A DNA stretch of 34,887 bases, from the IMG/VR virus record IMGVR_UViG_3300035053_000478, positions 1 to 34,887 of that record, one strand, 5' to 3'. Under the pieces are notes generated by a model that was not told the origin of the DNA, searched no databases, and saw only the letters and a list, made by a program, of their open reading frames with translations. Position 1 is the first letter of the stretch, and each line of letters starts with the position of its first letter. Below, piece after piece: positions 17,759 through 25,911 of this stretch. A program made the translations under genes and the position numbers. The DNA is from a virus (Duplodnaviria; Caudoviricetes).

Positions 17759-18154
17759 GTGATTATGAACGGACCTTATCAGGTTGTTGATACAGGAAAA
17801 CTGCTTCGTGTCGAATACGGACCCTTTGTGGAAGTGCGGGCAAATGTTTCCTCAGACGATGCCGGGAATCCGATCAATTTTGATGACTGCCATGATCTCA
17901 CAGGTTGGGAGTATGTAGATGTTTATATCAAATTAAGCGGAACGAATCCGTTATGGGATATTACGCCGGTCTTCGGCGATATTGAAGGCGGTGTGGAATT
18001 TTATGATGCAGAAACGATTACTGTACAGAAAAACGAAATCCGAAGGATTCGTTTATTCGGCGCAGGCTGTCTGTATTTTCGCTGTGATGGCTCGGCAGGA
18101 ACTAGCCCGCAAATTGATTCAATCAAGATACGCCCGGTTAACCTTGTGAAATAA
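17759..18154 (+). CDS. Hypothetical beta-rich virion-associated protein
   Basis: AAGGAG RBS; start GTG 17759 or ATG 17765. Confidence 0.7.
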   Translation: MIMNGPYQVVDTGKLLRVEYGPFVEVRANVSSDDAGNPINFDDCHDLTGWEYVDVYIKLSGTNPLWDITPVFGDIEGGVEFYDAETITVQKNEIRRIRLFGAGCLYFRCDGSAGTSPQIDSIKIRPVNLVK

Positions 18155-18164
18155 GAGGAGCGGT

Positions 18165-18869
18165 ATGGGAATTCTTGATTGCCAATTTAAAAAGCCGGGG
18201 TGTGACCGGATCACAACAGGACAGCCGGAGTTTAGTGGTGTTTATCCTGATGTGGAAGAACCGTTGGGCGGATATGCTTCTTTTGCAGGCGATGGATATG
18301 TCAATACTCAGGAAGTATATGACTACAGCCAGAATGGTGATTTTTCTGTATCTGTCTGGGCAAAGAGTACAAACCCTTCAGCGAATTATGCGGTTGTTCA
18401 GGCGCATTTAGTGGGAGCGAGTTATTCGTCTGACTGGATTATTGTCGGAGGCAATTCCCTTTTCTGGATGAGAAGTCAGGCTCTTGGGAACATCTCCCTC
18501 ATGAATGACAGCAACTGGCACCATCTGGTTTTGGTTTGGGATCGTGCGGTTGAAAGGTTTAGAGGTTTTTTTGATGGAGAAAATATAGGACAGAGCAATG
18601 TGGTTGCAGGCTACGGTGCTGTTACGCCTATTGTTATTGGCGCAAGGGCAGACTTTGGATCGTCTTTCTGGACTGGTGGCATAGCGCAAGTAAAGGTTTA
18701 CAGAAGAAAATTAAGCGATGCAGAGGTTAAGAATTTATTTAAGTTTAATCCTGTTTTGAATGGGCTTTATTCCTATTACCCGCTTGTCAGTAATGGCAAA
18801 GATTATGGTCAGAACAGAAAGCATGCGGTTGTGCAAAATGCGGTATTCAACGGGGGCTTTAATGGATAG
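18165..18869 (+). CDS. LamG / concanavalin A-like lectin domain protein
   Basis: FSVSVWAK, WHHLVLVWD, FFDG, IVIGA, GGIAQVKVYRRKLSDAEV, YYPL. Confidence 0.85.
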   Translation: MGILDCQFKKPGCDRITTGQPEFSGVYPDVEEPLGGYASFAGDGYVNTQEVYDYSQNGDFSVSVWAKSTNPSANYAVVQAHLVGASYSSDWIIVGGNSLFWMRSQALGNISLMNDSNWHHLVLVWDRAVERFRGFFDGENIGQSNVVAGYGAVTPIVIGARADFGSSFWTGGIAQVKVYRRKLSDAEVKNLFKFNPVLNGLYSYYPLVSNGKDYGQNRKHAVVQNAVFNGGFNG

Positions 18870-19230
18870 CGAGTGCGTAACAAAAGAAATGTGCAAAGAA
18901 AAACACGAAAACTCGGGACGTGAGTTTGATTCGATCAAAGAACAGCTCAAGGAACACGAAGAAAAACTGCGGGAAGCGGACATCAGGTTCACCGAGCTTT
19001 CAGGTGACGTAAAGCATATTAAAGACCGGATTGATAACGGACTTTCAACAACGAACTGCCAGATCAAAGAAAAGATGGACGAGTTTATGCCACTGGTTCG
19101 GGAGAGTTCCGAATGGGCGGGCAGATTTAAACAGGCGGTTTATTTTGTTGCGGTGATCAGTTTTGGTGGCGGACTTGTAAGTCTTGCTTTCCATTTTGCC
19201 GCAATGATCGCAGAGAAGGTGTTCGGATGA
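18862..19230 (+). CDS. Coiled-coil + C-terminal TM protein (XhlA/holin-like)
   Basis: N-terminal coiled coil; hydrophobic AVYFVAVISFGGGLVSLAFHFAAMI. Confidence 0.55.
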   Translation: MDSECVTKEMCKEKHENSGREFDSIKEQLKEHEEKLREADIRFTELSGDVKHIKDRIDNGLSTTNCQIKEKMDEFMPLVRESSEWAGRFKQAVYFVAVISFGGGLVSLAFHFAAMIAEKVFG

Positions 19231-19571
19231 GCTTTAAGGATTCAGTCAAAGAGGACAGCAAAAATATTTTTTTAAATACCGGACAGTTTGCGGAAGAAAT
19301 TACGTATGTACCCAATGGAGAGTCGGAAAAGATTATCAGGGCGGTTGTTATTCGTTACGAACTTGCTCCGGCAGAAGAAAACATTAACCGTTCGCTGAAA
19401 AAGCAGGCAGAGGTAATGATCGCAAATGATGCGGATGAAGGCATGGCTGTGATTAATAAAAAGGATGACCGCATCAAGATCAATGACACGCAAGGGATTG
19501 AGCGTGAAGCAAGAATTGATGATGTGCTTAATAGTGATGACGGCATGTGGCATGTACTTGTGGGGTGGTAA
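19227..19571 (+). CDS. Head-tail joining protein (gpFII-like)
   Basis: MSFKD..KED...FLNT..FAE N-terminus; position. Confidence 0.7.
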   Translation: MSFKDSVKEDSKNIFLNTGQFAEEITYVPNGESEKIIRAVVIRYELAPAEENINRSLKKQAEVMIANDADEGMAVINKKDDRIKINDTQGIEREARIDDVLNSDDGMWHVLVGW

Positions 19572-19573
19572 TT

Positions 19574-20179
19574 ATGCAGTTAACAACAGAAATAGATAAA
19601 AGAGAGCTTGAGCGGGCAATTAAAATTGCGCCCCGGGTTCTTAAATTTGAGCTGGCTGATGGCATGGATCGTATTGGCAAAGGATTTTTAAAGCGGTTCA
19701 GGCAACAGCAGTTGCAGGGGCCTCCTGGTGTGCGAGGAGCGTCAGGGCACGGATTGTTTGGAACGTTTAAACGTGTGTTTCTGGTTTCCCCCACTATCGA
19801 AGGAATGGGAATACAGATTTTTACGGATTCAAAGATTGCGAAATTGCACGAGACAGGCGGAACTGTCAGGGATCCGGGCGGTGGAAGGCTTGCGGTGCCA
19901 TTATCCGCAAGAACGGAGATGTTCACCCCGGGTGGCAAGCTCAGGGGTAGATACAAGCGGGTGCGTGAACTTAAAAATGTCAGACCGATGCGGTTTCATG
20001 GAAAGACGTTTCTTGCCCGGGTAACCAAAAGGGCGAAAAAGATTTTACCGCTTTACGTGCTTAAGCGTCAGGTACGCATTCAGCCGAGACTCGGCTTCTA
20101 CAGAACGTGGGACGGTTTGGTGAATTACCGTATTGATATTTTAAACAAGTCCATCGAGAAAGCGTTGAGGAAGATTTAA
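19574..20179 (+). CDS. Neck/tail completion protein (gpZ / HK97 gp10-like)
   Basis: Basic protein; AKLHETGG, LAVPL, PLYVLK..V.I.PR; position. Confidence 0.7.
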   Translation: MQLTTEIDKRELERAIKIAPRVLKFELADGMDRIGKGFLKRFRQQQLQGPPGVRGASGHGLFGTFKRVFLVSPTIEGMGIQIFTDSKIAKLHETGGTVRDPGGGRLAVPLSARTEMFTPGGKLRGRYKRVRELKNVRPMRFHGKTFLARVTKRAKKILPLYVLKRQVRIQPRLGFYRTWDGLVNYRIDILNKSIEKALRKI

Positions 20180-20646
20180 TGGAAACAGTAAGAGAAAGAA
20201 TTTTACAGAATATAAAAACGACCCTTGAAGGGGTTACGGTTGCTAACGGTTACAACTTTGATTTTGAGGATAAAACCGTCCAGCGGTGGTCAATGCACGG
20301 AAACCGCATGGTGGATATGCCTATGGTTGTCATCAGTCCGGGGGATGAGGATGAATCAAGTTCCCCACACCCTTTTGAAGAATGTTTGCTGTCGGTGTTT
20401 CTCGATATCTTTTACGTCAATGACGAGAACGACACTGTTGCGACAGATACGTATTTAAACAGATTACAGGGCGATATTAAAAAAGCGATTTTACAGGATG
20501 TTACTCGTGGCGGTGAGGCAATTGATACGGATGTTTTAGGGACAACGCCTTTTGAGACAACCGAAGCCCAGCCGTATGCGGGAATAATTATGGAACTCAG
20601 GATTCGTTATCGCCATTTAAAAACGGATCCCACGGCAAAGAATTAA
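20179..20646 (+). CDS. Tail terminator (gpU-like)
   Basis: RERILQNI...L..V..ANGY; acidic; precedes tail tube. Confidence 0.7.
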   Translation: METVRERILQNIKTTLEGVTVANGYNFDFEDKTVQRWSMHGNRMVDMPMVVISPGDEDESSSPHPFEECLLSVFLDIFYVNDENDTVATDTYLNRLQGDIKKAILQDVTRGGEAIDTDVLGTTPFETTEAQPYAGIIMELRIRYRHLKTDPTAKN

Positions 20647-20660
20647 GAAGGAGGATTGCT

Positions 20661-21812
20661 ATGTCAATGCTTGTAAGAAAACGCCAGCTAGCCGCAAAGA
20701 CCGAATCGGTCGAAGGCAGTGCGGAGACGCTGGCCGCAGAAGATGCGGGAATATTAGTTAACTTTTCACCAAAAGCAAATTATGACCCGCAGATGTATCA
20801 GCGTGATCCTGTTCGGGCTTCCCTTACGAAGATGGGAAAACTTGCGGGTAAACGTTCAGGAGGTCTTGATTTCAGTATCGAGCTTAAAGGATCAGGTTCG
20901 TTAACAACTGAACCCGAATGGGCAAAGCTGATCAAGGCATGTGGATTTCAGTGTTCTGCTTTGAGCAAAATATCTTTCGGAGCGATTACATCGGGACCCT
21001 TTGTTCACAGCGAAACAATTACAGGTGACACATCAGGAGCGACCGGTCGTGTTGTGATAAGTACGGCTGATGGTACGACAACGCTTTATTTTGTGCCGGT
21101 AAGCGGGACGTTTGAGAGCGGTGATCTTATTACCGGGAGCAAATCAGGAGCTTCGGTCACCGCTTCAGGTGATCCAGCGGATGCCGGGTTTGAAGTTAAG
21201 CCGGTCAGCAGTGGAATTGATTCATTAACAATGGGTTTGTACGAGGATGGTGTCCGTAAGGTCATGAAAGGTTGCCGAGGAACGGTGAAGTTCAGTTTCA
21301 AGATCGGCGAACCGGCAATGCTTGATTTCAGTTTCAAAGGTGTTGAGTCAGGCGTGGCAGATGTTGCGATGCTTACCGGAATTGATTTTGACAGCACTAT
21401 ACCGCCGGTGCTTTTAAACGCAGTCATGTCATGTGACGGTGTATCGCTTAATGTGGGCGAGCTTGAAATTGATGTGTCCAACACTCTTGCTTCAAAAGAC
21501 AAGATCGATGACGCAAAAGGTGTTCTGTCGTACATAATCACCGGACGGGATATGCAGGGATCGTTTAATCCGGAAATGGTGCCGGTAGCAACACACGATT
21601 TCTTCAATAAATGGTTTAACAATACGCCTATGGTGCTTGATCTGGCTTACGGCGAGACCGAAGGCAACAAGTTCAGGGTTTATGCGCCGGGCATTGTGTA
21701 CAACAAAATTGATGACGGAGACCGTGACGGTATTCAGCTTGCGCAGACTTCGTTTGACTTAACAGGCTCTATGGATCCGGGTGATGACGAGCTGGCACTA
21801 TTACTTTTATAA
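20661..21812 (+). CDS. Tail tube (major tail) protein with inserted domain
   Basis: Position; ACGF, GCRGTV, YIITGR, GN..RVYAP, DGDRDGI; no sheath gene in the cluster. Confidence 0.8.
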   Translation: MSMLVRKRQLAAKTESVEGSAETLAAEDAGILVNFSPKANYDPQMYQRDPVRASLTKMGKLAGKRSGGLDFSIELKGSGSLTTEPEWAKLIKACGFQCSALSKISFGAITSGPFVHSETITGDTSGATGRVVISTADGTTTLYFVPVSGTFESGDLITGSKSGASVTASGDPADAGFEVKPVSSGIDSLTMGLYEDGVRKVMKGCRGTVKFSFKIGEPAMLDFSFKGVESGVADVAMLTGIDFDSTIPPVLLNAVMSCDGVSLNVGELEIDVSNTLASKDKIDDAKGVLSYIITGRDMQGSFNPEMVPVATHDFFNKWFNNTPMVLDLAYGETEGNKFRVYAPGIVYNKIDDGDRDGIQLAQTSFDLTGSMDPGDDELALLLL

Positions 21813-21830
21813 AAACAGGAGGTATTGAAA

Positions 21831-22256
21831 ATGTTAACAGGTATTGATGTGAATTCGACCCGCAAATATGTTTCAAAAATGGATCCGGATAAAGAGAATC
21901 CGACTGTGTTTCATATCGGCTTGCTGGATCCGGTATTAAGGGCAGAGGTTGATGATGAGAGCAGTTCTTATGAGATGAGTTCAACGAATCCCAATGATAA
22001 GGCGAAGGTTCGTTTGAACTGGAACAAGCGACAGATCATGGCGATCAAGTTTGGATTAAAGGGTATGGATAATTTTCTCGATCCGCAAACAAGCAAACCG
22101 GTGGATTTAAAGTTCGAGACGATTCATTATGCGGGCAAAATGCGCAATGTTTTGCCGGACAGGATCATTGCGATGTTTCCCAATGAATTGCGTCAGGAAC
22201 TGGCGGAAGTGATTTTGAATGAATCCAAGCTCACGGAGGAAGAAGAAAAAAACTGA
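21831..22256 (+). CDS. Tail assembly chaperone (gpG-like)
   Basis: AGGAGGT RBS; lies between tube and tape measure; ends at slippery A AAA AAC TGA. Confidence 0.8.
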   Translation: MLTGIDVNSTRKYVSKMDPDKENPTVFHIGLLDPVLRAEVDDESSSYEMSSTNPNDKAKVRLNWNKRQIMAIKFGLKGMDNFLDPQTSKPVDLKFETIHYAGKMRNVLPDRIIAMFPNELRQELAEVILNESKLTEEEEKN

Positions 22257-22582
22257 TTCTGGCAGTTCATCTGGGCGACCTCACCGTGAACTGCCACAGC
22301 TGTCTGAAAGGGAGAAAAATTCGATGTGAGTATGAAGTGCCGGGTCAGGAGATCTGGGAGATTAACGGTCAGCAGTACAGAGGATGCCCTTTTAAAATCG
22401 TGACACGCCAGTCAGCGAATTTTTTAAGGGCATTTCAGTTTTACAGGAACGGCTATCTTCCCAACACCGGCGGATGGATTGATCAGTCAGCCAAACTGAT
22501 CGATGCATTTGAGGTCATTGAGAAAGAACTTCATTCCATTGAAATTGAGCTTGAGAAAAGAAGGAACCGATTTAAACGATGA
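22253..22582 (+). CDS. gpT-like -1 frameshift extension of the tail chaperone
   Basis: The -1 frame is open from 22253 (LILAVHLGDLTVNCHSC...) to 22582; GYLP..GGW.DQ motif; no clear RBS of its own. Confidence 0.75.
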   Translation: MILAVHLGDLTVNCHSCLKGRKIRCEYEVPGQEIWEINGQQYRGCPFKIVTRQSANFLRAFQFYRNGYLPNTGGWIDQSAKLIDAFEVIEKELHSIEIELEKRRNRFKR

Positions 22583-24570
22583 CAAATAAACAGTTATCCA
22601 TAATTTTAAAAATGCGAGATGAAGCCTCAAAGCGCCTGGAAGGCGTAAGAGGTAACTTGCAGAGGTTTGCCAATTCGTGGAAGAAGAACTGGCTTGCGAT
22701 CACTGCGTCCGTGACGGCCGCAATCATGGCGTTGCGTAAAGCGTGGGATTTGATGGAACTGGGAGCTAAGGCGAAACAGATCGAGGACAGTTTCGGACGT
22801 ATGGCTGAGAGTGTCGGTATAAACGCAATGCAAATGCAAAAAGCCATTATGGAGGCTTCAGGAGCGACTGTTAATTTTTCAAATGTTGCGGATAAAGTTT
22901 CGGCGTTGATGGCGCAGGGGCTCAACATGGATCAGGTTACTGCCCTCATGCGTCAGGCACGTGTAGAAGCACGAATATTCGGCACGACTACCGAAGAAGC
23001 CTTTCAAAATATTTCAAGTGCCGTAACCGGAGGTCTGGTTACGACATTAAGGCGTACTTACGGTTTACAGCTTTCTTTAAAACAAGCCGCTGAAGAATTC
23101 GCACAGGCAACCGGTAAAAGTGCGGATGAGGTCAAGAAGTATCACATGGCACAGGCTCTTGCGAATCACATCCTCGATCAGAGTAAATCTCACCTTGAAG
23201 CGGTTAATCTTGAGATCACCAGCAACTATGAAAAGGTTCAGATGTTAAAAGCCCGCTGGACGGATTTTGCCGAGAAAACAGGTCAGGTTCTCTGGCATGT
23301 TCTCGGATTTTTGCAGGGCTTCGTGAATCATCTGGTGACAGGAATATTCACGCTTCTTGAGTACGGTTCTATTGCGGTTAAAGGATTTATTCAGGGGATA
23401 ACAACGGCGCTTAACGGCTTATTGCGTTTCGGAACGGATTTTCTGCAAAAGCTGATGGTTCCGCTGATCAAGTTTTATGAATTGCTCGGTAAACTGCCCG
23501 GCAGTGTCGGTAATACCTACAGACAGGCCGCACTTGAGGTGGAGCGGTTTTCGCAATCGCTTGAGGACAGAACGGTTCAGTTTAATATCGACGGTTTAAC
23601 GCAGGGTCTGGAAGAAGCCCGGATTGCGTTTAATCTTGCGGCTGAGGAAAGCGCACAGGAAGCGTTGAAACAGTATGAACTTGTTTTTGCGAAGGTTCAG
23701 GATACCGGTGACAACACAGCAGAGATTCTCAAGAATGTTGCCCGCCAGAGCAATGAAAATGCAGAGGAAGTGGTTGAACAGTACAGCAAGATTGATGCGA
23801 AAGCAAAAGAGACGGCAGATAAAACAGCGCAAATATTTCAGAATGCGGCACGCCGTGTCGGGATCAGTTCGGACGAAGCCTTGCGTCATTACAACATTAT
23901 CTTTGAAAAGATTCAGGAGACCGGCGGTAAGACTGCGGAAGTTTTAAAAACGGTTATCAATCAGGTTGAAGTTGGGGCGAAAAATACCGCTGAGCAGTTT
24001 AATGCGATGCAGGAATTTGCCAAGCAGTCAGCCCGCAATATGCAAAACGCATTTTCACAGTTTTTCTTTAAAGCGTTTACCGGAGAGCTTCGCAGTATCA
24101 AAGAAGTGTTTGCGGACTTCGGGCGTGCGGTGTTGCAGATGATCTCAAACATACTGGCAAGGCTTCTTTTGATGAAGATGTTTACAGCAATGGCTGGACC
24201 TAGCGGGCAGATATTTGGTGTGGCGGTCGGTAGTTTATTTCATCAGGGAGGCATGATCACTCGTGGACACAGAGGATTTATAAAAGCGCACAGCGGTCTT
24301 GCCCCGGATGAAGTGCCGATTATCGCACAGACCGGTGAAGGAGTGCTGTCACGGCGTGGCATGCGTGCGCTGGGAGGGTCGGACAATTTGCGTGCGTTAA
24401 ACCGTGGTGAATCAGCTCGTGGTGAAGGAGTAACGATTAATGTCAATCAGGTTATTCAGGCGTGGGACGCACAGGACGTGTGGCGTAATCGCAAGATGTT
24501 ATCAAACGCCATTGCTGATGATATTTACAATAACGGCAAGATCAGGTCGGTTATCAGGAGTTACGCATGA
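22579..24570 (+). CDS. Tape measure protein
   Basis: 663 aa Ala-rich helical protein; C-terminal FHQGG...GLAPDEVPIIAQTGEGVL. Confidence 0.9.
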   Translation: MTNKQLSIILKMRDEASKRLEGVRGNLQRFANSWKKNWLAITASVTAAIMALRKAWDLMELGAKAKQIEDSFGRMAESVGINAMQMQKAIMEASGATVNFSNVADKVSALMAQGLNMDQVTALMRQARVEARIFGTTTEEAFQNISSAVTGGLVTTLRRTYGLQLSLKQAAEEFAQATGKSADEVKKYHMAQALANHILDQSKSHLEAVNLEITSNYEKVQMLKARWTDFAEKTGQVLWHVLGFLQGFVNHLVTGIFTLLEYGSIAVKGFIQGITTALNGLLRFGTDFLQKLMVPLIKFYELLGKLPGSVGNTYRQAALEVERFSQSLEDRTVQFNIDGLTQGLEEARIAFNLAAEESAQEALKQYELVFAKVQDTGDNTAEILKNVARQSNENAEEVVEQYSKIDAKAKETADKTAQIFQNAARRVGISSDEALRHYNIIFEKIQETGGKTAEVLKTVINQVEVGAKNTAEQFNAMQEFAKQSARNMQNAFSQFFFKAFTGELRSIKEVFADFGRAVLQMISNILARLLLMKMFTAMAGPSGQIFGVAVGSLFHQGGMITRGHRGFIKAHSGLAPDEVPIIAQTGEGVLSRRGMRALGGSDNLRALNRGESARGEGVTINVNQVIQAWDAQDVWRNRKMLSNAIADDIYNNGKIRSVIRSYA

Positions 24571-24905
24571 GTGATTTTAATGTGTTGCCGGACTTTGTTT
24601 TTGAGGAAACGCTGGAATATAAGACGCTTGTTTCAGAGTTTGAAAACGGCGTTGAACAGCGCAGGCGTAAATGGGCGGATCCTGCAAGTAAATGGACGCT
24701 CAGATTTAACAACCGCATAAAAGCGGATATGGAAACGGTGCGGGATTTTTTCAAGAGCAAGTACGGTTCGTTTATGGTCTTTACGTGGACGAATCCTAAT
24801 GATTCGGTTGAGTATAACGTCCGCTTTGTGGAGGACAGTTTTAAATTCTCAATGAAAGCGCACGAGGTATACGACTTTGAATTTGAGTTTATTGAGGTGA
24901 AGTAA
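24567..24905 (+). CDS. Distal/minor tail protein (gpM-like)
   Basis: FENGVEQRR..W, F.WTNP, VRF, FIEV; follows tape measure. Confidence 0.8.
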   Translation: MSDFNVLPDFVFEETLEYKTLVSEFENGVEQRRRKWADPASKWTLRFNNRIKADMETVRDFFKSKYGSFMVFTWTNPNDSVEYNVRFVEDSFKFSMKAHEVYDFEFEFIEVK

Positions 24906-25516
24906 TGCCCAGAAATATTGACGCAACATTTAGAGCCGAGAAAGCCAAGAGAGAAAACGCACCGCTTTTTCTTTACACGCTTAAAGAGTACGACGGTGTG
25001 AATGATCTTAATCTGGCGGGCTTTGATCAGGAGGTGACTTTTAACGGAACCGTGTATTCAAAGTTTCCTGTCACGCATGAGTATATCGGTGAGAACAATC
25101 AGGGTCAGATCGATCAAGTTAAGGTCAGGCTCGGCAATGTATCACGGCTTATTCAGTCGTATCTGGAGCAGTACGATTTTCGGGGAAAGAAAGTCATCAT
25201 CCGTATGGTCTGGGCTGATCAATTATCCGATCCGGACGCTTATATCGATGATGTGTTTTTTATTGATAGTTACACGGCGGATCAGAGTAATGTCGAGTTC
25301 ACGCTTACAAGCAAGTTTGATGTTCTCGGCGTTGATCTTCCGTCACGCAGGTATTCACGCAATTACTGCGCATGGAAATTTAAGTCCGCAGAGTGCGGGT
25401 ATTCAGGAGGAGAAGCGGTATGCAACAAGACAAAACAGCGTTGCAAACAACTCGGGAATTACAGCCGGTTCGGGGCGTTTCCGTCTGTACCGACAACACG
25501 AATTTACGTGATGTAG
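24905..25516 (+). CDS. Minor tail protein L-like
   Basis: LPSRRY..NYCAW.FKSAECGY...CNKT...C...FGAFP, the four-Cys pattern of lambda gpL. Confidence 0.85.
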   Translation: MPRNIDATFRAEKAKRENAPLFLYTLKEYDGVNDLNLAGFDQEVTFNGTVYSKFPVTHEYIGENNQGQIDQVKVRLGNVSRLIQSYLEQYDFRGKKVIIRMVWADQLSDPDAYIDDVFFIDSYTADQSNVEFTLTSKFDVLGVDLPSRRYSRNYCAWKFKSAECGYSGGEAVCNKTKQRCKQLGNYSRFGAFPSVPTTRIYVM

Positions 25517-25911
25517 AGCGGTTCATAATCGATAAGTATCTCGGTATTCCCTACCGTCATAGAGGACGCACGATGGACGGTTTGGATTGTTGGGGCTTCT
25601 TGAAATTGGTTTATGCGGATCTGGGTTTCACACTGTTTGATATTGAGGACTTGCAGTACAGCAAGGTCTGGGGGCTTAAAGGAAGGGATTATTTTAAAGA
25701 GAATTATGCAAACGACTGGATAAGGGTTGATGATCCCGAACCGCTTGACGGCATTCTTTTTGTTAATTCACGAGGGATCGCCAATCATGCGGGTGTGGTT
25801 TTAGAGAACAGGCGGTTTATTCACTGTTGCCGTCAGGGTGTGATCGTATCACGGCTTGATGATGTTTCTTGGAAGCAGAAAACAGAAGGGTTTTACAGGT
25901 TAAAGAAATGA
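25420..25911 (+). CDS. NlpC/P60 tail tip peptidase (gpK-like)
   Basis: YLGIPY...GLDCWG, NHAGV, FIHC; AGGAGG RBS before ATG 25420 inside the gpL gene. Confidence 0.88.
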   Translation: MQQDKTALQTTRELQPVRGVSVCTDNTNLRDVERFIIDKYLGIPYRHRGRTMDGLDCWGFLKLVYADLGFTLFDIEDLQYSKVWGLKGRDYFKENYANDWIRVDDPEPLDGILFVNSRGIANHAGVVLENRRFIHCCRQGVIVSRLDDVSWKQKTEGFYRLKK

